This document shows positions 35,001-48,057 of a stretch of DNA of 64,000 nt, piece after piece; position 1 is the first letter of the stretch; the number at the start of each line of letters is the position of its first letter. The notes under the pieces are model-generated. The model had not been told where the DNA came from and made no database searches. It saw nothing but the letters and a program-made list of their open reading frames with translations. The stretch covers positions 2,170,001-2,234,000 of the forward strand of contig OY986950.1 in the NCBI GenBank assembly GCA_963920595.1. Direction: 5' to 3'. This DNA is from Eimeria praecox. Its lineage: Eukaryota. The position numbers were made by a program, and so were the translations under genes.

Positions 35001-37764
35001 TTTGCAAGTGCGTCTGGTCTTCTGGGTTGGTGAGGGGATGCAGCTCATTGCTCCATTTTGAACCGTTGCTTACATTCGCTTCACCTGGGCGACCACCCTC
35101 TCGCCCCTCGCTTCTACGCTCTTTACCAGCTGCAGTCATACTCCCGTTGATGTCGCAGCCATCTCTCCTTTTGTCCTCTCCAGGATGCACACTGGGGCAT
35201 TCCTTGGTGCTCCGAGAAACGCGCAAGTCGCCTTGGTGGCCAGTCGATTCACGCGGCATCGAACCTTTCTCAAGCCCCCTCGACGAACACTGCTGCCTAG
35301 ACAAAGAACCTCTATGCAAGCTGTCCATGGCGCTCATCCCTCCTGAACTGCCCACAGCTTCCCCATCCCTACTCACTCTCAAGTCCCCTTCAGTTCTGGA
35401 AGCCGCGGATCCTACTCTCCTGCAACCGCTTCCTCCTGCATGGCTGCCTAATTCTCCACTCCTCGATACACTAGATGCCTTGCCTACAGAACCCATACTT
35501 CCCTCAACGCTCTTCAGCCCCATCCCTTCCGAAGCACCACGCGCACACTGACGCACATGGCTAGACTGATCAGACACGCTCGGCTCACGCCTCCTCATTC
35601 CTTCTCCAGGTACCCCTGCTGCCGATCGTTCACCCCTGCTTGCCAATTTCTCATCTGTATCTAGCTGAGATCCCGCCTTACACTCGCTTCTCCCACGTTC
35701 CGCGCCTGATGAACTAGTACGTAAGAACTTTCGCGAGTTGTTCCCTTCTGTTCCGGTCAAGGCAGAGTTGCGCATTGATAAGCCAAGAATGTTTTGCAAG
35801 TGCGTCTGGTCTTCTGGGTTGGTGAGGGGATGCAGCTCATTGCTCCGTTTTGAACCGTTGCTTACATTCGCTTCACCTGGGCGACCACCCTCTCGCCCCT
35901 CGCTTCTACGCTCTTTACCAGCTGCAGTCATACTCCCGTTGATGTCGCAGCCATCTCTCCTTTTGTCCTCTCCAGGATGCACACTGGGGCATTCCTTGGT
36001 GCTCCGAGAAACGCGCAAGTCGCCTTGGTGGCCAGTCGATTCACGCCGCATCGAACCTTTCTCAAGCCCCCTCGACGAACACTGCTGCCTAGACAAAGAA
36101 CCTCTATGCAAGCTGTCCATGGCGTTCATCCCTCCTGAACTGCCCACAGCTTCCCCATCCCTACTCACTCTCAAGTCCCCTTCAGTTCTGGAAGCCGCGG
36201 ATCCTACTCTCCTGCAACCGCTTCCTCCTGCATGGCTGCCTAATTCTCCACTCCTCGATACACTAGATGCCTTGCCTACAGAACCCATACTTCCGCCAGC
36301 GCACTTCAGTCCAGTGGCGATGCTGTGGGTTCGTGTATTTTGGGGTAGATCTGTGGTTGCCTCGTTAGTGCTCAGTGCGCGGTAGCTTGTTATGGGTTCT
36401 GCTGGAACTCCTGCAGATCCCCTTATGCTTGTTGGAGTTTGCGTACTTCTTGGTAACTGCTGTTCTGTGTCCATACCTTCCCGACAATGCTGTTCACTAG
36501 GGGTGTGGCGTTCGTGCGAGCAGTTCTCGTCTCTCAGATCCGCAGAACTAGAAGTCAAGTAGGAATAGGGTTCATACCTATGCGGTCCCACGTTTGTTAT
36601 TAACGGGGCACTGGCGGCGGCATTGAACCCCGGATGAGTACCATCTTGATGCAAATATTCTTCATGTTGCTGGAGTGGATTCTCAATCTGTGAACGAGAC
36701 TTCTTAGGATATATACTGTGTGTGCAGTGTCCATCTGAGAAGATTTTTGCATCATGAGAGTTATGCCCTATTGCCGGCTCTCTTCCCTGTGAATCATTGC
36801 GTGCAGTGCGACGTGTACTCGGTTCCTCAACACTCTTGCTTGCTGCAGCCGCCAAGCTAGGACTTGGCATTGTGTAGGTCCCAGAGTCCTGAGATTCTCG
36901 TGAGCTTTTGCCCTCACGAATACTTCGCTCATACGGCATAAATAGGCCCGCTTCCAGCGAGGGCAGCATGGCTGTATCGGAAGCTTCGTCATTATGATGG
37001 ACGGGGCAAGGCCTTTTAACGTTGGCTACTCGAGGGACGCTCCTATGGCAAGGCAATTCTTGTTCAATGCAGCCAGTGCACTGCACAGGAGGTTGAAACG
37101 TATGTAGATGCGGCTGCCGCCCTTCATCGCTGTGACAATGCATCGGGTTGGCGGTAGCTGCACCACCATGCAGGCGCAGCCTTCTGCCCCCTCTAGTGTT
37201 GCCGCTTGAACAGATTTCGAGTTCTTGAACCCCTTGGCGAGCGATAGGTGAAGCATCAAGTGCTGCGGAACTCGCGCTGTTTGATACCAGTTGTTGCTTG
37301 CCCACCGAAACGCTATCAGCTTGCTCCCAAACGTGTCTCTGGTGACTTTCGTTACTATATGGAGGGCGTGTATACGGCGGCAATTCCACTCCGTCCCCAC
37401 CGATGTGCACGCAATGCGTGTGGGGTGCCTTCTGAAAATTAGTCTCCCCCGCAGTGCGCAGCACCCTGCGTTGCTCATCTGACACGCGGAGTCTATCTGT
37501 TTCTCTCACGTTGCCCAGCGCGAAACAGCATTTCCCCTCCTCTGACTCATTAGCTGCATCTGGCCCTGTGGATGCTCGTGGCGCAGGGAGCCGTGCAATC
37601 ACATGTGCGCGCAATACTGGTGCCGCCTTTTTACCCACCAGGTGCTTGATGGCGTACGGATGAGTGGTTGCAAGACATTCATACTCCTCCACACTGAGGG
37701 GCCTGGTGCCAGGAAGATACCCTCTTGCCGATACCTCAAGTCTCTTCTGTGTTCGCTGTGCCAT
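23006..37764 (-). CDS. Giant (~4,700 aa) repetitive protein with a C-terminal divergent DUF3626-like domain
   Basis: Exon 37764-25549 (4,072 codons, includes the repeat array), intron 25548-25445 (GTACGT...GCGCAG, phase 0), exon 25444-24168 (...PILIYFDIVSLTPHLEQGGFIR). Then exons SHFE..YLRKCNEREQALYCGLYEHESVRPEHHPKYGYVSV..SGEACIILKDHVR / VRATISAG..VATLNNPWHVLEAL / ..VDCNIHGGIQLG / KDVEAIVLP..VPILSME..AQI*. Confidence 0.75.
25700..36294 (-). repeat. Coding tandem repeat, 792-bp (264-aa) unit, ~13.4 copies, nearly identical
   Basis: Equivalent positions recur every 792 bp (26234, 27026, ... 34946, 35738). Unit GSMGSVGKASSVSRSGELG...GMGLKSVE is rich in Ser/Gly/Arg/Glu. No stops or indels in the minus-strand frame. 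Confidence 0.98.
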
Positions 37765-39108
37765 TGAGGCGTGAGGGCGAGTCCTTGAGTTTGTACACTT
37801 TATGATGCAATTCGCTTAGCCATAGAATAAATAAATATTGGAAAAAGGGGGAAGTACTGGAAGGTTCTAACTATCCCGAATTTCCCTTTGCAACCGTCGA
37901 GAAGGTGAAGCCACAAAAGCATTGGCGCAGGTGGTGAAGGCGTCACCCGCAGGTCACCCAATTGAAAGGGCCTTGATCATTAAGATAGAGGAGCCATATA
38001 ATGTACAAATTTTTTTTCGAAGGTCTGGCAGTAAGCGGCTGCTGCGGAAGGGGCCGCATATAAGTGGCTCAATGCGAGATAGCGGGGAAGGCTGATGATG
38101 AGTTTGTGCTCTCCGTGAACCTCAGCAAGTTGGGTTTTTTTTCCTTTTCCGTTCTCCTCCTTGAAGAAAACATGTAGCAGCCCTTTTATTCTCGAAATTA
38201 CTGGGCTTAAACCGCTTCCTCAGCCATTAAGCGCCCACTCATGACCGTAGGTGACCCTGGTCCACCACAGGAGACCGGACCCTACCACAGATTGCAGTGT
38301 TGTCGAGCAGAGCGTATACGTATTGTATACTATCTAACGGGGGTTGTGGTGATTCTTTGTATGCATACTATGGCTTGCCATGTGCTTATGCGGTTCATCG
38401 GTGGATTCGCTGCAAGACTATCTGCGCGTGCAAGACCGGGGTGGTCTGTGTGGGCTCCCTACCACAGCTGCCTTAGAAGATATTCGAGAATGCCACTCTG
38501 TGGTACAATATTATTGCGCGGTCAATTGCTACACTAATATTGCTGGCTGGGGGGGACAAACAGCATCACGCGCGTGGTGCATCTGCCTACGCTGCAGCGT
38601 AACTGAAATGCATTTGCGTTGGTGTAAGTAGCGAGTTGCAGCAAAAGCTGCAAGGATGGAGAGGCGACCTTGCGCAAAACTGTGCTCTGCCGCCCACCCC
38701 AAGCTTTAACTCAAGCTGTCACCTAGCCGTGCCAGCCTGCCCAGTTGTAGCATGGCCTGTCGGGTGTAGATTCTCATATTTCTACTTGCTTGTGTGCAGG
38801 TTGGCTACTGCATGCCAACTAGATGTTAAACAATTTCTTACAGTGCATGTTGGCTCATATATAGAAAGGGGGCTTTGATAACGCTTGCATGTGTGGTGGC
38901 CTTGCCGCAGGAGGTTCAGCAAGGTGCGTTGCTACCTATGGCAGACCACCGCCTCTCCGCGTCATCCCTAAGCCCTCGTACTGCTGTGCCCACTGAGACT
39001 GGATAGTTAAGTAGAAATCAGCTGCTTCTGAGGTTTATCATCTCGAGTTTTCTGGCATTGCAGCTCACGACGATTCTCAGATAAGGTCGAGGAATCTCGT
39101 TACATTCG

Positions 39109-40959
39109 TCACCAAGATGCGGTACTGAAAGTGGCATCATGCATGGCCATTGTCTTCTGAAGGAGATTGTTTGCCCTTTGATTTACAACTGTGGACCATC
39201 GGCGGTCACCGAGATTCTCATCTAACTCTTCACAAGTCAAGATGGGAAGAAGGTATTTCTTGCTCAGGTCTTCAATTAATGATCCCTTCGTGTAGTTTTC
39301 CAGGTCCTTTCGTTGCACAACGATTGCTGCCACATCCCTCCTGCAGCAAAAAACTATAAGCGTCTACAATAGGTGAAAACGCTCATCTTGGGCATGGAGA
39401 CTCTGTATACACGTACCTCACGTCAATCATTCCATGAATTTGGATTTCCGAGTACTTACTGTCCGGTGATACGGTGGCTTTTGCCCTTCTGCCGGTAGCG
39501 ACGGCCTGTCAGAAACAAAATATTAAAGCGGTTGCTTCTCCTGAAGGCGCTTTGGGCCAGCGTGTTGTTCATACAGCAGTGTTTGGCCTCGCAGTGTCGC
39601 CTTACGTGAATCCTTGTTATTTCGTGAGCTGATAGAGTTTCAACAATGTGCCACATGTGATCGAGCGTCCCAACCCTACGCTTTTCGGCGGACAAATTCT
39701 CCTTGCTGGTTGCCACGGTTGTTCGGGCGCTGCTTTCCAGATTCAAACCACAGATCATGGCTACAGCTGGCTGGTTGCTGATGCTAGCTTACCAAGAAAC
39801 GAAGGCCTCGGCCAAAGGAGGAAAGCTAAAATCCATTAGATATCATGGGCCCAGACTTCGTGCCTCGTGGACCCAGGGCTTGTGCACAGAAAATGAAGCG
39901 AGAGTTTTGCGGGGAAGATACCAGACTAGTTCAAAAGACTCGCTCACCGGAGGGAGTCTTTTAGGAGGAGATACGCGCTCCCGAAGTATGAAACTCGGGA
40001 GTCCGAAAACGGATGGCATACCATGTTCAAGACACCGTACCTGAGAGCCCCGCAAGGGTCACAGCATCCATGACTTCGCGAAGCTTGGTGTTTTCGGCCC
40101 AACAGCAGGGCTCACTACTAACATACTTGGGCCTGTCCTTTGGCTGAACTGAAGGGTGCTCGTAAAGTTTGTTGAAGAGTACTGATTCAAATTCTCGTCG
40201 AGCTTTCAAATACGCAGGTCCCTTTACGTTTGTCTCAAAGCATGTTCTGGGCGCAGTAATCATTATTAATGCCACACAAACAACTTGGAAGCGGGAACGT
40301 GCCGTTGTGACTGAATCTGATCTCTATGGTCTACGTCTGATCGGTACTGATCTGTACAGTAGTAACTGAGGAACTGACGCCTGCGGTGGCATTTCGAGAG
40401 ACAACTCATCTAAGACGTTTTACCTGTAAAAGGGATCATGGAGCAAGTGTGGAAAGAGCTCTTGGATGTCAATACGAATGGTAAGGGGCACCTTTTGGGT
40501 GAGGTATAGCTCGATTTGGGAAAAGTCTTGGTCAGAAATATTGAAGGCCCCCCAGGTCTTCTTGAGCCGAATTTTTGCAGCTGCGCTTTCATGCTCACTA
40601 ATGGATGCTACGTACTCCATCACCTGCTGCTGAATGGGTGTCAGTGCCTCATACTCCAGTCGCCATGCCGGAAGCTTATTCCAGATACGCCGCGGGTACG
40701 GGGTACTTTGTGTCTTGGATGCGGCGAGTGGGCAACGGCCCATAGTTGAATTCATGCATTTTGTAGTTTCTTGGTTATTTATTTCAACAGTTGAACCAAC
40801 AGATGAAAGGCGTCCCGTTGACCCTAGCTTTTTGGAGGCTTTGCACGTCGTGTGTAGCTCTGTCGCGTTAAGCACATGGGAGCGGGTTCTGTCGCCACCC
40901 CTTGAACTGCCATCTAGCCACGCCGAATGAGATTGTCTTCTTGACAGTAAACTGTCCAT
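39109..40959 (-). CDS. DUF3626-like domain protein (compact paralogue), multi-exon
   Basis: MDSLLSRR...VPLTIRIDIQELFPHLLHDPFYR / TCFETNVKGPAYLKARREFESVLFNKLYEHPSVQPKDRPK / YGVLNMV...YFGSAYLLLKDSLR / ARTTVATS..VGTLDHMWHIVE / ..KYSEIQIHGMIDVR / DVAAIVVQ..LPILTCEE..SW*. The motifs FET, RxxxExxLF, RPKYGxLN, FGSAYLxL and YxExQIHG are what I recall as characteristic of DUF3626. Confidence 0.75.
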
Positions 40960-43900
40960 TTTCAACAAAAATCGAAATTTCAAGTGGATGGACAGACGCC
41001 CCAGAAGCTGCGGATACACGCATAGCGGAATGCTCCGAATTATTTTGTATAATTACGTAATGATTACGATGTAGTTGGGAACGCCATGGAGTCCCCTGGA
41101 GCTTGAGGCCACAAGCCCCGTGAATACGTTAACATCTTTTAAAGTGATGGGGATATGGGATATTGTGCACTTTCAAATGCTGGTGGCGACGGTCAGAGCT
41201 GAAGAAGGAAATGCCCTACCTACCGCTTCGTGAGGATGCCTTAGAGTGAAGGATAAAACGGCAACGACTACTGAGAAAGGATGGCTGCGGCTTTCACAAA
41301 GGTTCAGACGCACTGAATTTGTATACAGGGAACAGGATAGAAGGCCACGGGGGGAGCCAGTGCCCAGTGGGGTACTAGCATGAGTGTAGTGTCCAGGGTA
41401 CGACAGAATGCTTGGTGGTCAGGGTCAGCCACGACTGAGTGGCCTCTACAACCGATATGGCAAGGAAATATCGGGCCCCAGCAAATCATTTTTAAAAATT
41501 AAATAAAAGTAAGCAGATCATTTACCAGCTTTTCATGCTTCACTTGCGGAGCAGCGCTGTAACCGGCGAGTGACCTTTGGTTAGGTCCAGTGAGCGGTGT
41601 GTAACCCTTGTGAAACAATATGGGCAAAACCCGACTATATGTCTGCCGAGAAATCTCAACTAGTGCAAAAAAGCATATATGAAGGGATTTTATTGTTCTT
41701 GTGCCTCCGGAGAGCCGCGAATAGCGCTGGATTGTACGAATATTGTCTCAAAAATTACAAATTGCATACGATGCCAGCAGGCTCATGCCGACTAACCCCA
41801 TCCAGCTTCAAATGACAACTAGCTATGTAATGAGATGTTGGGACCGGAGACTGGAACGTTTATGCCACCAATTCGACCCATGTACAAAGGACGAAACTGA
41901 AAGGATGATGGAAGCTGTTGTTTATGGGCAGCCTATGCTTGGCACATCCGGTTAGCCACAGATTACTAACAAGCATCAAACTGGGGCCCAAAAGAGTGAG
42001 CTTTTGAGCCGAAAGATGTAAGGATGATGCTATGGAAGCTTGACGGTACGGCTTCAACAGAAAGGAGCAAGCAGAGGGCCGCTCTTTCGTTTAAGGCAGC
42101 CCCTTCGTTTACCATATTCTTCCAAACTGGAAGCGGCCGACTGATGGTAGGCTTCAAAATACCCAACTATTGCCTATATATACCACCCACTGTGGCTTGG
42201 CCTCACCTAGGTTGGCTGGATCTTTCTTACTGGCAACCTGCCAATATTTTGAGCTTGTCAAGCATGCTTACTGTTAAAGCGGTGCACAGCATTCGTTTTG
42301 CTGAGATTAACGTCTTGGCAACAGTGAGATGACACTCGCTTGCAACTGTAAGCAGAAAAACCAAACACAGGTGTCTACGCTTCCATTTGTTCAATGCCTA
42401 TGGATGGCATGGGATACGCAGCCAATGTGCAGCCCATCCTCGTAAACCGGCAATCTAAAAGAATATTTGTTGGTTATATGTCTAAGCTGCAGCATGTAGA
42501 TGGCTGCTCTGTAGCTGGATAAATGCTGTGTAAGTTGCCAGAAGTGGAATACAGCGCGTCGTCAAACTGGGTGGAAGTGTAGAGGGCGCCCTGGGTTGCT
42601 TGACTTCTTCGGACATTAGTAGAAGCCAGCAGGCGTCTCATCCAGAAGAAAAGGGGCAAGATCAGCCTGTGGTTGATTTCGCCTCCGGCTTTGGGCACGC
42701 TCCACTTAGGAGCTGGTGGCCGGAAGTTAGAAATTATCTAACTGCAGTGTCCCGTTAGAGATAAACGTGAGTAGAACACCGTGCTCTTTACATTATTCAT
42801 GCGCATTGGAGCGGACGCAATCGGCACATCTTGAAGAAGGCTCGCACTTGTGCACCTCTTGCTGCGTGATCAATGTGTAGCGGTGTGAATAGCAACTACA
42901 TGGGAAGGCAGCAACAGCCACGCCGGTGAGCATATGAAGAACAGTGCAGGGTAGCTTCTATATCCGTCATACGCATATAGTACCAGCTTCGGCGCCATGC
43001 TAATCCCTCAACAAAGGCTTTTAAAATACTGTGACAGTTATTGCTTCAAGTAATTCTGGCCTGTGGTTTAGTTTGTACAGCACCAAGCAGGGAGACGCCC
43101 AGCTGCCGGCGCTCGAGCTAGACCCTGTTCAGATCAAAAGGTGCATCTGCCTCCAGCAGCGACACTATTTAAAGCTATGTTTTCGAATATTTTGCACGGT
43201 TAGATGAGGAGATTGTTGTACACTTTCTGTTTCACTGCGGTGGCGAAGCCAGCGTCAGCTTACTGCCTGCACAAGATGGAAGGATGCAGAGAAAGGATGG
43301 GGAGGAGCTGCAAGCACCACAAGATGCCTTCGGGCGGGCTTGGACTTTGGGTGTATGCACTTGATTCTCATTTCTAAGTGATAGGGGAATACACTTCAAC
43401 CTTTTCAGTGTAGATTTCCGACTCTTCGCGGCGTTGGTAACGGGTGGCTTCGACATGGACGCAATCGAACAGGATGAGCCATTTTCCTAGATTTCCTCCG
43501 CATTTTCTTTGTGAACGCAAATGCTGAATCCAAGGCAGTACGGGCTGTGAGACCTCACCTTAGGCCAACAACACTCCGTTGGGGGCAGAACCAATTGGGG
43601 TCGAGCCATGTGGTGCAGCCCATGGTGCCAAAAATGCCGACACGGCGGTCACCATACGAACGGTGAGCTCAGTATTTGGCGCATTCTGCCATATTAACGG
43701 TCCAAGGTGTTTCCACCGGCCTCAACGATGCTACTGGCAGGAATACTCGCTGACTCGTTTGGCTGAGGTTCACTCATAGAGCAGACGTGCCTTGGATGGA
43801 TGGCAGCTTGACTCGCACGCAGTGTGAAGGCACCTGTATTTTGTAGATAGAGGGGGGGTCGTGGTCGTGAAGTTGAGGGCAGGAAGTATGATGATGCACA

Positions 43901-46286
43901 GGGAACATGGTGCGGATGCCAGTGAATCTCCACACTTGAGTGTTCAGCTGTTTGAGGTGCGACTTGAAAGAACCGTTCCTATGCTGATGCTCATGTGGCT
44001 TGACGATCCAGGTGTATTTCACGCTTGTAAGTGCAATGTAACTTCATCTGGTATTTACAGCGGGTAAATGGCCTCCATGCACCCATGAATACGCGTTGTC
44101 TTTGCAAGTTCTAAAGTACGGGCATTGATGCGTTCATCTAAGCAACAATTTTTCGTTGCTTGCGGTGTATGTGAGCTACGGGTGTACGCATACAGCAGAG
44201 AGGCATAGCATTTACTGTAACAGGTATGTTGATTGTTCATCGTTTCCCGTGAAATATGAAGCGAATAGTAATCATAAACGCAATACTGGCCATCCTAGCC
44301 TGTGCTTGGATTTCGCCAAGAGCAGGAGAATGCAGGGATGTAAGAAACTGAATGGTTACGGCTGAACACGTGAAACGGAAAAGATCTTTTTTCGTAGCGG
44401 CATGCCTTTACAACGTTTTCAAGCGATGATTTAGAGGTTATGGGAGATGAATCGGGTAAAATATTGAATAGCCGTGCATCGCATTTCGCTCCTCACTGCT
44501 GCGCAGCTTCGATCGTCAACGCCAGCATTGATTCTATGGCCAAAGGGGAAGCAGATGCTCCCTCAGAGAGCAACATCGCTGGCGCAGTAAGATCATTTTT
44601 CGTTAGCATCAGCCGACTTGAGGCATTGCAGGCCTGTGCCACAGCTCATCGAAGGGTTAAAGAATGCTCCGAAGCCAGCATATCAGCGTGAGAAATTTTT
44701 GAACTGCAGCGAGTGCCTTCAACGTGAGGCCGAATTCCCAAAAGGCGAGCAGCTGAGGAGAGATTTGCTGCCAACATGTGAAAGGGACTTTACCCAACTG
44801 TGAGTGCAAAAATCTTCGAAATTAAAGATTCAGGGTGCAAAATAAGTGTGGTGTGGCATCAGGTGCCCTCTGGTGCGCCCAACGAAAAATGGTATCCATC
44901 AAGACGATTAATAAATTTCATTCGTTACAGGACTTCCTTCTTGTGGGACGTCCGAGAGGTAAAATGTACTGAAGGCGTGCCTGTTACCTCAGCTATACTT
45001 GAAATTCAACAAAAGGCGATGGGGTGTTGGCGTGTGCTCCAACTGCCGATTACGAAGGCAAGGGCAATAATCGACAACCCATGCCCGTATCTCTTGGTCA
45101 CTGTGAAGGTGCTTCAGGTCCATGCACAAACGACCTCTTCATCCCTTCTTACGTGTAAGCTGATGCTTAGGCGCAGCTGGTGCTCCTTGTTTGCAGGCAG
45201 CATCTGTGGCAATTCACCGTAGTGTGGGACAGCTGGCACGAGCATCTTGGGCCAGAAGATGCCAGGCAGACTGGCCTTGCAAAGTGTGTAGCAGGGATTT
45301 TGGCTCTCAGTGTCCACAGAAGTGGAAACCTGTGCAAAGTAAGAGGTCTTCTTCATGACCAGGCGCTACATAAAACGTGAATTGCGCGCAGACTCGGTGC
45401 ACAAGTGTGTCAGTACAGAAGGTGCGACTGAGGCAATCGCCTAGAACAGACATCCCAAAACTTTCGGTGCAGACTACCACGGGCCTTGCGCTGGGACAGT
45501 CGACTTCAGAGATATGACTATCCTACAGAAGAAGCAGTGGGCTTCTTCGTGCTTGGCCTGGTGTACGACGAAATGTAACTTATCCACAAACAGTACCGTC
45601 ACTCCTAAAACGTTTCAGGGCCCTGCGAAGCCCCACGGCCTCTGGAGCTCGGTCCTGATGCAGACATGCCTCTAACCCGCGAAGCCGTAAGTGCAGTTTG
45701 CCCTAGCTTAACGACAAAACGTCACTACTCCGCCATAATCTGAAGACAGTGTGGCGTGTCTTGCAGGTCGGTGTTCATTCCCAACGTATCTGCGGTGCAT
45801 GAACCATTGTCCCTTCCACCATTTAGGGCTATCAGTAGCATCTAGACCCGAGTTGTTGCTTTAACGAGATCCCCAGCAACAAAAAAAGTAAATTTAACGT
45901 CTTATCTGTCGGCCGGCACCACTGGCGCAGCCTCCAAACTGCCCGCATGCCCCCCAAGGCCACCGAGCCTGGCATTCTACCAACCCGTCCCCCACGGACC
46001 CTAACTTGCCTCACAACCCCGTCACGCCTACCGAGCGCCCCTACCATAGTGTGATCGTGAACACCGTGTCCCGCTCCGCAAATGCAGCCACAGGCACAGG
46101 CTAATTGCCTTCACACTATGAGCACATTGCAGCTCACTGTGGCGTCCCCTGCAAAGGCCCTCGTGTCGAATGCACGTGACCACAGCAACACGCTACCACA
46201 TTCTGAAGCTACGGACTCAGACAGCACTGCGATGGCACTGCCACTGAGAGCCAGACAACTCTGGAAGGATCCTGTCTAGAACACGC

Positions 46287-48057
46287 CTACGGTTCTAGCT
46301 GAGGCAACCTTCCAAGCGGATCTCTGCCCGATGCGTCTCGTCTCCACTGGTTGCCCCCATCCGCTCCCTGGTTAACCATGGAACGTCGTTGGCGCTCGCG
46401 CTCCCTCTCAGCGTGCAGCTGCAGCACAACCCACAGACAACAGTACCCCATCCACCCACAAAAACGCAAACTGTCAAATGAAGCCCCAGCCTTTCTCACA
46501 AAGTGCCCTGTAAAGCATACAACAGCGCGCTGTTGTTTAGCATCTCGTTACAGGTTCAATTATCGTTTGCTTCTCAACCTAGCCTTCTAGTTCAGCTCAC
46601 ACGCCGAAAGTCAACACAGTTCATTTGCGCCCTCCTCATTTGACTTTTCGCTGTTAACTGAAATGCGGCTCACGAATGTCCAGTCGAAGATGAAGTCATA
46701 CTGGTATCCTTCGCGGAAGAAGAGGTCCTTGAACAACCGCCTTAAATACGAATAATCTGGGCGATCCTCGAATCGCAAAGACCGGCAGTAGTTCAAGTAT
46801 GTGATAAACTCAACTGCAAAAGGCGCAAAACAACGCACAGCATTCATATATGCAGCAATGGAGCCGCTCTTAGCTGCAGGAATTCCGCCAGCAGCTACAA
46901 CCTACACAAGCAACAGCAGAAAGGAGTCATACATGGAAATTGTTTGCAAAGTACTTCGACGGGGGTCGACATCTTCTTCTCCATGATCTTATCATATTTG
47001 TCTTTCTTCGTGGTGGCTTTGAGCCCCTGCCACGGAAGTGAACCTCTATTGAAGTACATTAAAACGTAGCCTAATGCCTCAAGGTCGTCACGTCTGCTTT
47101 GTTCAATTCCCAAGTGAGTGTTCACTGATGCGTATCTCGCGGTACCTGACACCGCAGCATCAAAAGTAATGAGCTCTCACAATCGCTACTGAGCAAAGCA
47201 ACGCCGGCCACGCTCTGAACAAAAGTGCTCCCGTTGAGCAACCGAACGCACCTGTAAGGTTCTTGCCCTCCCGGTAGGGAATGTGGGACTGCGTTCTCGG
47301 ATCCCTGTATTTCTTTGCGAGGCCGAAGTCGATAGCAAAAACAATGGACATCTTCTTGCCTCTACCGATTAAGAAATTATCCGGTTTAATGTCACGATGG
47401 ATAAAGTGCCTGCTGTGAACAAATTCAATACGATTTAGCTGAGGCACGACGCACAACAACCACTCCACACTCAAGCAACCTATTCACAAGTCTTGTTTCT
47501 CCCTACCTTGCATTGTGTATATACGTCCTCTTCAGTGCCCTAGATAATCTCACCATTTGGTCGGCAAGCATCAGCACAGTTTTCAACGAGAGCTTCCTGT
47601 TGCAAACACTGAAGAGGTCCTCAAGAGAAGGTCCCAAGAGCTCGATGATCATTACATTGTAATCCCCCTCTATTCCATACCAGTAGAGGGTTGGGATTCC
47701 TATTCCTCCCATCAGAATTTTATACAGCTTGCTCTCATAGATTAGCTGCGGGTGCCTCGACCGGACACTCTCCAATTTAATCGCAACTTCATCTCCCGTT
47801 GAGATGTTCGTACCTGGAAATCCCTCATTCACAAATACACACAATATGCAATGTGCCCCGTCCCACTCTTCAGATGCAGTTCAAACTCGGCAATCACTCA
47901 TCCTAAAGAATGTAAAGACTCCTGAATGAATGCACTCAACCCTCAAATGACCAACTGAGCAAACTACGCGAGCCATACCGAGGTAGATGTCGCCGAATGA
48001 ACCGCTCCCAATCTTCCTCCCCAAGCGATATTTCCCACCTACGCGGACGTCCATCAT
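46287..48057 (-). CDS. CK1: Casein kinase 1 (CK1 alpha-type), 6 exons
   Basis: Exons 48057-47979 ([27 protein letters not shown]), 47813-47554 ([30 protein letters not shown]), ~47438-47252 ([21 protein letters not shown]), ~47145-46932 ([23 protein letters not shown]), ~46815-46673 ([17 protein letters not shown]) and ~46419-46287 (short tail ..PQLEP*). Confidence 0.97.

Noticed and set aside
25700..36294. CRISPR-like or mobile-element interpretation of the tandem array
   Set aside because: No unique spacers, terminal repeats or cas/transposase genes; it is an in-frame coding repeat in a eukaryote.
25523..36385. Fourteen ~200-aa plus-strand ORFs repeating every 792 bp
   Set aside because: Antisense shadows of the minus-strand repeat exon. 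Most start at non-ATG codons, and the Pro/Leu/Ser composition mirrors the opposite strand.
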